Positions 1 to 14,920 of a DNA stretch of 64,000 nucleotides are shown one piece after another. Positions within the stretch are counted from its first letter, which is position 1; each line of letters opens with the position of its first letter. The position numbers and the translations under genes were made by a program. This DNA comes from the human T2T-CHM13v2.0 reference genome, Homo sapiens: assembly GCF_009914755.1 (NCBI RefSeq), contig NC_060928.1, one strand, 5' to 3'. The notes under the pieces are model-generated. The model saw only the letters and a list, made by a program, of their open reading frames with translations. It made no database searches and was not told the DNA's origin.

Positions 1-12
1 TAAGAAACATAA

Positions 13-311
13 CTGGGCACAGGCTCATGCCTGTAATCCCAACACTTTGGGAGGCTGAGGCAGGACAATCACTTGAGCTCAGGAGTTCAAGACCAGCCTG
101 GGCAACATAGTGACACCCCATCTCTATAAAAACTAAAAGTTAGCTGGGCGTGGTGGTGCACACCTGTAGTCTCGGCTATTTGCGGGGCTGAGGTGGGAGG
201 ATCACCTGCGCCTGGGAGGTCGAAGATGCAGTGAGCCATGATCATGCCACTATACTCAAGCTTGGGCAAGAAAGCGAGACCCTGTCTCAAAAATAAGTGA
301 ACAAATAAATA
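13..311 (+). mobile_element. Alu (AluJ-like)
   Basis: Dimeric Alu body with A-rich tail; flanking direct repeat gaaacataac at 4-13 and 313-322. Confidence 0.9.
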
Positions 312-1506
312 GGAAACATAACTGATGAGAAAAGGCAGTAGAGAGTGAGAGAAAAAGACAAAGCATGAACTCTGGAGAACAGTAGATGGAAAAACTCATG
401 AAGGCGTCATAGGAAGAGGGGCAAGGAACCAGGAGAAAGTACTGACACTAAGGCTAAGGACAAGAGAGAGCACGGAGGAGGAGAGGTGAGGGCCTGGGGT
501 GACCAGAGTGGAAAAAGGGTCACTGGACCAGACAACTGGAGAGTCACCAGGGGCCTCTTGCAGAAAACTCTGGTAGCGGTGGAAGTGAAGCCAGATTACA
601 GGGTGGAAGAGCAAATGGAAATTAAAAGACAGAAGATAACGAATATAGACCAGCTTTTCAAATGTTTAATCATTAGAAAAAAATGAGGTCACCATTCAGC
701 AATCATGAATTGAGTGTCTTCTATGACACTAGAGATGAGACCCGGGCCCAACTTTCAAGAAGCAAGATGTGCTGTAGTGTAGAATGAAGGTGCTGACCCA
801 GGATACTTTGGGAGCCTGGAAGGAGATGGAAGTAGAAAGGAGAGCAATGACAGCAGAAGAGAAGGAGAATCCAAGGAAGGCTTCTTTTTAGGCTGGGGGA
901 AACCTGAGAGCTTCCCCAGGGGATTCTCATGGGGATTGTCCATGGTTCTCAAGTCTCGTATGAAAGTCATATATTCAAAACTGAGTCTTGAACATCTTAT
1001 AAGTATGTACCATCTTTATTACTATTAAAACACACCATTTCTTCTACAGATTGGGAGAGACTGTGGTTTCTTCCATTTAAGTCCAGGTGAAAAAAATAAC
1101 CCATGTGCAGGGGCCCTGACTTCTGGAAAATGCCTATCTGCACACTGAAGAATCATGCCCAGTGTGTGAGGTGCCCAGAGTGAGGGGCATGTGGAACACA
1201 GGCTCTGTCTGAGGGAATGACAAGTTGGTGTCTCTCATTCCAGGCATCTCTGTGCAAACAGAATGGTGGAAAAATTGCCCATGCTATTTAAATTGTCATT
1301 AGCTCTGTCTTTCCCCACTTAGTACATGCAGCTGAATCTCTGTAGTTAAATACATGCGTGATCTTTCTCCACAAATTACATACTTACAGGCAACAGACCC
1401 ATAAACCTCAGTCAAAAACTATTTTGCTAGCCAGTCTGTTCTGGTATACACTGATAAGTTAATCAAGATACTTAAGAGAATTCCAAATGGAACATTCACC
1501 TTTTTA

Positions 1507-1644
<138 letters not shown>

Positions 1645-1681
1645 CTATCCCGTAACATGAAAATAAATAAATTTTTTAAAG

Positions 1682-1976
<295 letters not shown>

Positions 1977-2665
1977 TCTAAAAAGATTTTTGATGCAAAC
2001 TTCCAAAAAAAAAAATATTTTCTAAAGGAAATAGAATCTTCTTTCATTTGACATCCGTAGTTATTTCAGTTTGTAAATACAGAACAGATGCTATAGTTTG
2101 GAAAGAATTTTTAGGCTCAGCACAATTCACTGAGAACTTTCAAGTCAAACTTACTCCAAGATGAATTTGGGTCAACAATCATGATCACAAAGAACTCACA
2201 GAAGAGACATGTCTTGACTTATTTGACTCAGGTTGCAGCAGTAGCACCCAATGATGCTTTTAAAAATTAAGGTACTGAAAAGTAAGGTTTTGCTAATTAT
2301 TAATCAATAATATAAGTGTTTCTAATGATGGATTCATTCCTAGTTCTTCAGTAAGCAGAATTCCATACAATTAGACTTGCTTCTCAATGCATACACACTT
2401 GGCCACACAGTTCTTCCCTAAGTGTCCCAAAAAGAAGCTCAATTGATTTGATCCCTTTGGTTATACATTTTACTATTAAACTATTTTTTGAGGCTTAGTC
2501 TTATAGACTCATTGAATAATCACAATAAAAGTGAATAGATACCAACCTAACATAGAGCATGACATTTTTTTGTACCACTACATAAATAATGCCTACATCT
2601 GAAGATTTACATTACAGTCCTTTCAGGAGTAGTAACTAATTGCCTTTAAAGGTCTTGGTAGCTTA

Positions 2666-2791
2666 GGCCGGGCGTGGTGGCTTACACCTGTAATCCCAGC
2701 TCAGGGAGGCAAAAGGCGGGAGAATAGCTTAAGCCCAGGAGTTGGAGACCTGCCTGGGCAATATAGCGAGACCCTGTTCTCCAGAAAAAGG

Positions 2792-2822
<31 letters not shown>

Positions 2823-2833
2823 GAACAAAAGAT
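2666..2833 (+). pseudogene. BC200 (BCYRN1) RNA retrocopy lacking the unique 3' domain
   Basis: Monomeric Alu domain with BC200-diagnostic sequences tcagggaggc, gacctgcctgggcaatatagcgagacc and gttctccagaaaaaggaaaaa; A-rich tail; 18-bp TSD aaaggtcttggtagctta at 2648-2665 and 2834-2851. Confidence 0.88.
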
Positions 2834-3817
2834 AAAGGTCTTGGTAGCTTAGTTAATAACCTAATTTATATGAATTGTTTCCACTGTATTTCTTAGCTGT
2901 GTGTTTTCTTAAGATGTTCTTGTCACGTTCAAGAAAATAATAAATATTTAACCTAAGCCCTAATTTTAAAGTATCACCACCAAGCTTTCTAAATTTCGTG
3001 TTTCTCACCCATTTTTTTTAAGATAGCAAACAGGAATTATCATTTTATGCAATGCTAATATAATAGCTTTGGATTTTTTAGGTGACATCACAATGTAACA
3101 TAATAAATCAAAAACTACTTCAACATCCTTTTGAAGAATTTGAATAACAGGAAGTAGGAGTAGGTTAGAAAATTTTTCTTCTTGCCAAAGAAGTATTTTC
3201 TTAAATAGTCATCATTCTTACAGACCTGGGCTGTGGCCACTTGTGAACAGTTATATGGATATATTCTCCAAATTGACGAAGCACTTGCTGAACAATAAGA
3301 GGTCAACCAAAATAAGTCACGTGTATCAGAAGTAGGCCTGTTATTAAACCAAAGTTCAATAAACCTGTCAAATGGCCCTAATTTCACCAGCTTCTTAAAA
3401 GTCCAACCCTTTTTACTGATGCCACAGTGAGGAAGAATGTGTCTCCTGACACTGAGCATTAATTGCTGGAAAAAACCCTAAGTCTTGAGAAACAAATGGA
3501 GACAGGAAACAGGTCTGCATTTTAGTTCCGGGTTTTTCACTGATTGTGTGACCTTGGGGACTTCATTTACTTTCTACGTATGAATCCCTTCTACACAGTG
3601 CTGAGTATGAGGCTCCAAAGCAGCATTCTGTTCTTCACAGTTTATGGTTAGAATAAAATGCAAGGGTACATATGTCACTGCTTTGTCAAGTGACATGTGC
3701 AAGGTACTACCTTGGATTTTGCTTGGAAGTTTTAGAGAAATTGTAAAGACTCACTGACCAGGATTTGAATGAACTTTTTTCTGATCCCTCACCCATATTT
3801 TAGAGTCATTAAGATGT

Positions 3818-4118
3818 TGCCAGGCATGGTGGCTCATGCCTCTAATCCCAAAATTTGAGAGGCAAAGGTGGGAGGATCGCTTGAGCCCAGGAGATTGAGA
3901 CTAGCCTCGGAAACACAGCAAGAACATATCTTTACAAAAAAATCAAACCATTAGCTGGGTGTGGTGACCTGTGCCTGTAATCCCAGCTACCCAGAATAAG
4001 CTGGGAGGATCACTTGAGTCCAGCATTTCAGGGCTGCAACAAGCCATGACTGTGCCACTGCACTCAAGCCTGGGCAACAAAGCAACACTCGCTCTCTAAA
4101 ACAAACAAACAAAAAGAC
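3818..4118 (+). mobile_element. Alu (AluJ-like)
   Basis: Diverged dimeric Alu with (CAAA)n tail. Confidence 0.85.
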
Positions 4119-4277
4119 GCATATGAAAAAATTTTTATAATAAGAGTCATTCACGACAAATCCACAGCCAATATCATACTGAATGTGCAAAAGCTGGAAG
4201 CGTTCCCCTTGAAAACTGGCACGAAACAAGGATGTCCTCTCTCACCACTCCTATTCAACACAGTATTGAAAGTTCTG

Positions 4278-4582
<305 letters not shown>

Positions 4583-4633
4583 GAAAGTTCTGGCCAGTGC
4601 CATTAAGCAAGAGAAAGAAATAATGGGTATTCA

Positions 4634-4898
<265 letters not shown>

Positions 4899-6134
4899 TC
4901 AAATAGGAAGAGAGGAAGCCAAACTGTCTCTGTTTGCAGATAACATGATCCTGTATCTAGAAAATCCCACTGTCTCAGCCCAAAAGCTTCTTAAGCTGAT
5001 AAGAAACTTCAGCAAAGTCTCAGGACACAAAATCAATGTGCAAAAATCAAACAAGCATTCCTATACACCAATAACAGACAGCCAAATCATGAGTGAACTC
5101 CCATTCACAACTGCCACAAAGAGAATAAAATACCGAGGAAAACAACTAACAAGGGAAGTGAAGGACCTCTTCAAGGAGAACTACAAACCACTGCTTAAGA
5201 AAATCAGAGAGGACACAAACAAATGGAAAAACTATTCCATGCTCATGGATAGGAAGAATCAATATCATGAAAATGGCCATACTGCCCAAAGTGATTTACA
5301 GATTCAATACTATTCCCATTAACCTACCATTGACATTCTTCACAGAATTAGAAAAAACTACTTTCAAATTCTTATGGAACAAAAAAAAGAGCCCATATAG
5401 CCATGACAATCTAAGCAAAAAGAACACAACTGGAGGCTACAGTAGGCAAAACAGCATGCTACTGGTACAAAAACAGACACACAGACCAATGGAACAGAAC
5501 AGAGAACTCAAATAAGACTGCACATCTACAACCATCTGATCTTCAAAAAACCTGACAAGAACAAGCAATGGGGAAAGAATAGGGAATCCTGGGAGAACTG
5601 GCTAGCCATATGCAGAAAACTGAAACTATACCCCTTCCTTATACCTTATACAAAAAGTAACTCAAGGTGGATTAAAGACTTAAATTAACTCAGAATGGAT
5701 GAAAGACTTAAATGTAAAACCCAAAACTATGAAAATCCTACAAGAAAATCTAGGCAATACCATTCAGGACATAGGCACAAGCAAAGATTTCATGATGAAA
5801 ATGTCAAAAGCAATTGCCACAAAAGCAAAAATTGACAGATAGGATCCAAGTAAAAGCTTCTGCACAGCAAAAGAAACTATTATCAGAGTCAACAAACAAT
5901 CTACAGAATGGGAGAAAATTTCTGCAATCTATCCATCTGACAAAGGTCTAACATCCAGAATCTACAAGGAACTTAAACAAATTCATAAGAGAAAAACAAA
6001 CAACCCCATTAAAAAGTGGGCAAAGGACATGAACAGACACTTCTCAAAAGAAGACATTTATGTGGCCAACAAACATATGAAAAAAAGTTCAACAACACTG
6101 ATCATTAGAGAAATGCAAATCAAAACCACAATGA

Positions 6135-6565
<431 letters not shown>

Positions 6566-8185
6566 TCAACCATTATGGAAGACAATCTGGCAACTCCTCA
6601 AAGACCTAGAACGAGAAATACCATTTGACCCAGCAATCCCATTACTGGGTATATACCCAAAGGAATATAAATCATTCTATTACAAAGATACATGCACGTG
6701 TATGTTCACTGCAGCACTATTCACAATAGCAAAGACATGGAATCAACCCAAATGCTCATCAGTGATAGACTGGATAAAGAAAATGTGGTGCACAAACACC
6801 ATAGAATACTATGCAGCCACAAAAAGGAAACGAGAGATCATGGCCTTTGCAGGGACATGGATGAAGCTGGAAGCCATTATCCTCAGCAAACTAATGCAGG
6901 AACAGAAAACCAAACACTGCATGTTCTCACTCATAAGTGTGAGCTAAACAACGAGAATACGTGGACACATGGAGGGAAACAATACACACTGGGGCCTATT
7001 GGGGAGGGGGGGCAGTGGGTGAGAGCATCAGGGAAAACAGCTAATGCAGGCTGAGCTTATTGCGTAGGTGATGGGTTGACAGGTGCAGCAAACCACAACG
7101 GCACATGTTTACCTATGTAACAAACCTGCACATCCTGCACATGTATCCCGGAACTTAAAATATATAAAATAAAATAAATTTACATTAAGTCCCAAAATGT
7201 TTACAAGGCAGCATATAAAACTGTTCACCATGACCTTGACCATGTTAAATATAATTATATGCATAGAAAAGAGATAGGAAAGAATATAAGCCAAAGTGTT
7301 AACGATAATAGTTAACAATGATTACATTTTAATTGTGGGATTAGGGTAGTTAAGACCTTTTAAAAACTCAATTGTAAAAAGTGTTTACAGTGGGTATAAT
7401 AGTTTTATACTAATTTAAAAGTTGTTTGAAAAATGTCTACATCACCGTTGTCTCCCCTTCCTTGCTATTACTTCAGTGTGGAGGGGACAGTCCTGGAAGG
7501 GCTTACAGGCTGGCTCTTTCTTTCTTTCCATGCACAACATTTAGGCAGCAGTGCTAAGCTATGACCCAAGCCGGTGGATGCACACAGGATGGAAGGAAAT
7601 GCAGTGTTATGCATATTTACTGGCCACAGGTGGCTCTATTTAAGGCAAATGGGTCCTGTACATTGATACCTGGGCACAGGCTAAGGACCAGTAAGACTGA
7701 AGACAAGGCTCATATTTGGTCAATTGTTAAAAAAAAAAAAATAGCCAAAACTGCCCCAGGTGTTCTGAGTGCCTCCCTTCACCAAATGTCCTCCCATCCT
7801 CCCACTCCTGGTCCTACAAGGCAGGGACCTTGAAGCACCCCCAGCCAAGGCCTGCTGCAAAGGATTTGGAAAATCACTCTTGACTGGGGGCTCTCTGGAT
7901 AGATGCCTAGATTTACACAGGGAAGCTGTGGAATCAAGTGAAATATTTTCTGTGAAAAAAAAAAGTCAATCTGGAAAACGGAGACAGGTGCGTCTAGAAA
8001 AGTGGGAGTGAAATTTATGATCCTGACCCACAGCTACACCACACTGCCTGCCCGGAGGTGCATGGGCACTGAAAAGGAAATTGTGGAAAACCTCCTGTCC
8101 TCGTGTCCCTCGGTTCTGTTAACCTAAGGTTCTGTGGGGGACTGTGGAGTTTCCGAGTGAGGACTGGCCTTCACGGGTGGGGTAA

Positions 8186-8680
<495 letters not shown>

Positions 8681-9508
8681 TAAATTAGGAATTTTAAACA
8701 AGTCACTCTCACGGTGAAACTACTACTTCAGACCCATTGGGCATGTTTTACTCATTCATTTGTCCATTCTACAGAACAAAGTCTGATGAATCTAGTAGGT
8801 GTAATGAGAAAATACATGAGGAACCAAAAATGAAACTTCTATTACAAGGAAGAATGGCTATAAAGGCAGCTAAAACGTACCTACTACCTATCCTGATATT
8901 GATATTTATAATTTTTTTCTCCTCTATGTAACAAAATCTCAAAATGCATCTTGTATAATCCTGGAAACAGTAAAATACTTAAGAGGAAGAAAGGAAATAA
9001 GGAAGGTCTTTTGTGTAAATAATACATGTAAAGCCAAAGGCACCCAATAATACTGCCTAGTGTAAACTATTGTCATTTTAAGATTGGTTGTCTATGAATT
9101 ATCCACAGAGGCCACTTACATGATTCTGTTGACTGTGCCACCTTGGCAGCTGTACTGTCTAAGCAGCAATAGACAATATTGTCTAAGCAAAGTAAACATG
9201 GAGAGGGATGGGTTACAAATGTTCCACTGGGTATGCAGGATATCTAGATGGATGTCCTGCTCAAGAAAACGAAAGCCCCCAGGGATGTTATTTAAAGCCA
9301 CACACATAGGGTCTTTAAGACATTCTATGGTAACACTAGTAGACACCAATTAACTGACAAAAAAGCCTTGGATATTAGTCCTAAAGTAACTCTTGGATAC
9401 TATTATTTTTCAGTGTACTGACTCTGACACTTATTAACCATGTGATCCTGGGCAGGTTACTTAACCTCTCCCAGCCTCTATGATCTCACCTGTACAACTG
9501 GGAAAATG

Positions 9509-9810
9509 GGCGAGGCGCCGTGGCTCATGCCCGTAATCCCAGCACTTTGGGATGCTGAGGCGGGTAGATCACGTGGTCAGGAGATCGAGACCATCCTGGG
9601 CTAACATGGTGAAACCCCGTCTCTACTAAAAATACAAAAAATTAGCTGGGTGTGGTGGTGGGCGCCTGTAGTCCCAGCTACTTGGGAGGCTGAGGCAGGA
9701 GAATGGCATGACCCGGGAGGTGGAGCTTACAGTGAGCCGAGATAGTGCCACTGCACTCCAGCCTGGGCAACAGAGCGAGACTTCGTCTCAAAAAACAAAC
9801 AAACAAACAA
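9509..9810 (+). mobile_element. AluY-like element inserted into a MIR
   Basis: TSD aactgggaaaatg; MIR core (tgtgatcctgggcaggttacttaacctctc...gttattgtgaggatta) is split around it. Confidence 0.9.
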
Positions 9811-10399
9811 ACTGGGAAAATGACCTACTGTATACAGTTATTGTGAGGATTACTTAAAATAATACATGTAAAGCAATGGGCATCCAATAAATATTGCCTA
9901 TTGTAAGCTACTGTCATTTTAAGATTGGGAGTCTAGTGAATTCTTCATTGAGGCCACTTAATTGACTCTGTTGACTGTGCTGTCTTGTATGAGCAGCTGG
10001 TAAATAAGACTACTGAAATGGTCTTCGTAAATAGTTTTCCTTGGGGGAAACTGCTCAGATTCTGGTTTTGCCCATCTTAAGGGTGCTTGGGTCTCTAGTT
10101 CCTAATTTTCATTGCATTAAAATCTTGATGAGAGTTTCTCTCTTCACCCTTCAAGCACTACTTAATCTATCTTGCTATGTAGTTGTTTTCAAGGACTTAA
10201 AACATCTCAAAATACTCCACATACACTTTCATAGGGCAACTGAATTATTTACTGTCCTCTGATAACCATGGCCATGTGTGTGTTTAATCATCTTTACGTG
10301 CCCTATTCACATCATCTCTGTAAAGTATAAGCTCCTGAATTGTAAATATCTAGAAATAAACAATGAGCTTTAAGTATTAGCCTACAGATGCATTGTTAT

Positions 10400-11260
10400 A
10401 TTTTTGTTCATGTCAATATCCTCATTCCATTAATTCAATTCAATTGACATGCAGATGTTACAACATGCCTAACAGTGGGCTAGGAAAGAGGGGACACAAA
10501 GATGACTTTGCGTCTCTGTCCTCAAAGACCTCCATGGCCTCTCTTCATATCAGGACATCAGGAGACACAGACGCATATAGAGTAACAATTTCCCACGGTA
10601 ACGATAACAGAATCTGCATGACGTGCTATGAAAAGTGCTTGCTTGCGAACTGTGGGAAGCATTTGTTACAGTGTCACCTGAGCTGGGTACTAAAGGATGA
10701 ATAGGAGTTTCTCAAGTGGAGAGAAAAGGAGTATGTTCTTAGGTTGAAAGGAATAGCTGGAGTAAAGGAAGGCCAGAAGTATGGAAGTGTTTGACTGTTC
10801 AGGGATTCACAAACTGTCCAATGGGGTTGGAACACTTGGTGTCTGGTGGGCACTGAGGGCTCAGTCTCCAAAGACAGACAGGAAAAGATCCAGGAATTGA
10901 AGAACCTTGTGTGTCACACTGAGGATGCTAGAATTTACTCCATAGACTATTTGAAGCCCTTAGAGGCTCTTTGGCAGTGGGTGACCTGGGGCTGTTTGGG
11001 GGAGAGACCAGAGTCTGGTATGGGAGGGACTGGAGTCTGGGAGGGAAGCTTAGTGACTCTTGCAACAGCTCCAGTTATGAGATGAGCCTGGTTGACACCA
11101 GTGGAGAGAAAGCAGAGGTCCCACTGATGGGTGTGTAAGAGGTAGCACCCAGAAGAACGGAGGCTGATTGGGAGTCGGAAGGAGAGATGAGCTCTGGATG
11201 GATCTGAGGTCCCCTACCTGGCCAACTAATTGAATGGTGACACCTTTGTAAGGTAAGAAT
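10400..11260 (-). mobile_element. L2 fragment (old LINE2)
   Basis: Degenerate L2-like text (gagctgggtactaaaggatgaataggagtttc..., agccccttagaggctcttt...); boundaries approximate. Confidence 0.55.
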
Positions 11261-11426
11261 ACCACTTATCATAAGGAAAACAACTTATGATTTCTGGAGC
11301 ACTAGGCACAGAATAATTTCCTCTTTTTCTTAAAGTTTCCACTTATTGAGTGCTTACTGGAAGATCAGTAGGTATCCCAACCATGCCTTATTGTATTTGG
11401 TACTTTCAACATTCCTACAGTATTAT

Positions 11427-11769
<343 letters not shown>

Positions 11770-12357
11770 TTAGAGAAAGGGAAACAGATTTGGCATGATT
11801 AAAGCGATTTGGCAAAACAATCACAGATACCAAGTAGCAGGAGAAGAGATTCAAACACGGCTTTGACTCCGAATCCATTCTCTTTACCTTCTGTTGCTCT
11901 GTCTCCCTCAGTGTCACTGATAGTTGTAACCAAGAGCCATGATGATGTTCACCAAATTCTCAGTGAAAGAACTCAGTTCTTTATTCCTCTTTCCCTATCA
12001 TTCGCTGTAATACTCAGAATGTATTAAGGTCTTTTCATCCACCTCAGAGCCCCCACTTTACATATGATCCGTGAGCTTCTCAGGATCAGAAACCGACCTA
12101 AGCATTTTCCCTCCCACAGGCCCTTGTGGGTATTTTCAAGTTTGGAGGTTGGTGAGGGCACTGGAGCATACTAGCACTCATCTACACTGCATCTACTCTA
12201 AGGGCGTTTTGTTCTTGCAAAATTCCTGTTATCCAAAAACTGACATGATTGATCATTTTAAAACCTTCTTAATTAGAAAATGTCAACAGTGGACTAACAT
12301 GATCAGAACTGCAGAATCCAAGGTTAGTTCTCTAGTTTGTAGCCTCTGGAGTTGGTA

Positions 12358-12987
12358 CAGTGGGTCCTCATCATTCATGGATTCGGTATTTGCAAATTTG
12401 CTTTACTTACCAAAATGTATTTGTAACCCCCAAATCAGAACTTGTGGTGCTTTTGCAGTCATTCACAGACATATGCAGAGCACTGAAATCCTGACATGCA
12501 TACATTCCCAGCTGAAGCTTAACAACGGGATGCTTTGCATTCTTGTTTCAGCTCTCGTAACTGTAAACAAGTGTCCTCACCATGGTCTATTATTTAGTGC
12601 TACAGTTTTTGTATTTTTGTGACTTTTGTTGGTGATCTCACTGTTTCAAATGGCCCCAGTTGTAGCACTGAAGTGCTGTCTACTGTTCCTAAGTACAAGA
12701 AGACTGTGATGTGCCTTACAGAGAAAACAAGCATGTTAGATACGCCTCATTCGGGCATGAGTTATAGTGCTGTTACTCAACCAGCGTTAATTATTAAATA
12801 AGATCTCTTTAAATAAACATGCACATAAAACAAGTTATATATTGATCAGCTGATGAAACTGTTGTGAGCAGAGGCTCTTAGGAACCTAGCTCTGTATTTC
12901 CCCTAGGAGGAATGCTTTAATATTCTCTATGTGGTACTCACAGTGACTTTATAGAACATAACGATGGTGAATAATGAGAATCAGCTG
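12358..12987. mobile_element. TcMar-Tigger non-autonomous DNA transposon (MER82-like)
   Basis: Terminal inverted repeats cagtgggtcctcatcattca ... tgaataatgagaatcagctg, TA at the left end; explains the 183-aa ORF at 12071. Confidence 0.7.
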
Positions 12988-13214
12988 TTTTGAGGGTGGC
13001 GAGGGGTAACAAACTAGATCTGGAGTCAGAGGCTTGGATTATAATCCTAAATTTCCAACTGACCTCACTGTCCAGGTCTCAACCTCCTTGTCTATAAAAT
13101 AGGAATGATATTAATATTTGCTGTGGCCCCATGGAGTTATGAGGATAAAATGAGATAATAAAAAAATGCACTTTTTATAAAGTAGAGGGTCCTACAAAAA
13201 TATTAACAATACTC

Positions 13215-14653
13215 TTCAACTAAGGGTGTGGGAAAACTGGATTTCTACATGCAAAAGAATGAAATTAGACCCTTGCCTTACAGCATACACAAAAATAAAC
13301 TCAAAATGGATAAAAGACCCAAATACAAGACCAGAAACTATAAAAGTCCTGGAAGACAAAGAACACAGGGGAATGCTCCTGGACACTGGCCTTGGAAATA
13401 ATTTTTTAGGTATCATAAAAGCTCACACCACAAAAGCAAAAACAAATAACTCAATGTAACAAATTTGTACTGTTCTTTAGATTAAGGATATTGAGTCGAT
13501 TTTAGCAGCTCGTACTACAAGAACAACCACAAAATTTTCAGGCCACAAAAGCAAAAATTTTAAACATGGAACTGCATCACACTAAAAAGTCTCTGCATAG
13601 CAATCAACAAAATGAAACAGCAATCTATGGTCTGAAAAAAAAATTTTGCAAACCATGGGGTTAATATCTAAAGAACTCATACTCCTCCACAGTGGAAAAA
13701 CAAATAACCCAATTACAAAATGCACAAAAGACCTGAATAGATACTTCTCCAAAGAATACCAACACGTATATAAAAATGTACTCAACATCATTAATCATCA
13801 GGGAAATGCAAATCAAAACCACTATAAGACACCACTTGACACCAGTTAGGATGGCTGTTGGCAAAAGATCAAAAGATAACAAGTGTTGGTGAGTGTATGG
13901 GAAAAAGGAAACCCTTGTACACCATTGGTGGGAATGTAGAATGGTACAGACATTATGGAAAACAGTATTGGAATTTTCCTAGAAAATTAAAAATATGACC
14001 CAGCAAAACTTCTCCTGGACATATACCCAAAGGAAATGAAATCAACATCTTGTAAAGATGTCTGCACTCCCACGTTCATTGCAGCATTATTCCCAATAGC
14101 CAAGACATGGAAACAACCTTGTCTGTCAACAGACAAGTGGATAAAGAAACTGTGGTATATTATTGGATAGAGTATTATCCTGACCTAAAAAAGAACAAGA
14201 TTTTGCCACTGCCACAACTTGGGTGAGTCCGAAGGCCATTATGTTAAGCCAGACACAGAAAGAAAAATATTGTAAGATTTCACCTACATGTGGAACCTAA
14301 AATAAATTCAAATTCAAATATACAGAGCTAGAGAACAAAATAGTAGCTACAAGGGGTGGGGAGTGGGAGTGGAAACGGAGGGATATAGCTCAGAGGTTAC
14401 GAAGTAGCACTATGTAGGATGAATAGGTCTAGAGATTCAACACAACATGAGGAATACACGTGACAAATTTGTACCGTACTTGAGATTAAGGCTATCGAAC
14501 AGATTGTAGCAGCTCTTGCTACAAGAACAACAACAGAAAAATGTGTAACTATGTGAGATGATAGATACAGCTTCACTACAGTAACCTTTTAACTATATAT
14601 CCTCTAACTTCATTTTGTATACTCAAACTTTACAAAACAAAGTTTATTTAAAA
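13215..14653 (+). mobile_element. 5'-truncated L1 (L1MA-like) ORF2 3' part and 3'UTR
   Basis: WENWISTCKRMKLDPCLTAYTKINSKWIKD is L1 ORF2; L1MA-type 3'UTR (gtaactatgtgagatgatagata). Confidence 0.85.
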
Positions 14654-14758
14654 TATCAACAATAAACAGATCCTCCCTATATTTGACACTTAGAAAATTT
14701 CAAGGTATTTTTAATGTGTTATAATTATTTTACTTTGGACTTTTCTTAGCAAAAATTA

Positions 14759-14920
14759 CTATATTTTATGATTCTAAGACCCAGAGTTTTTCACATTTAG
14801 TATCTATGGACTTTGTGTTCAAAGATAATTATTATGTACAATTATGATTTCTTCTTAGTGGAACATAAAGATTGGTGTAGCTTACATCCACTGGCGTCTT
14901 AGATTAGATGAAATATGGTA
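14759..14920. mobile_element. Small MITE (MER104-like, TcMar)
   Basis: Imperfect TIRs ctatattttatgattctaagac ... gtcttagattagatgaaatatgg. Confidence 0.5.

Noticed and set aside
12071-12801. 183-aa and 60-aa ORFs
   Set aside because: Lie largely in a non-autonomous Tigger-type element, GTG starts, no exon signals
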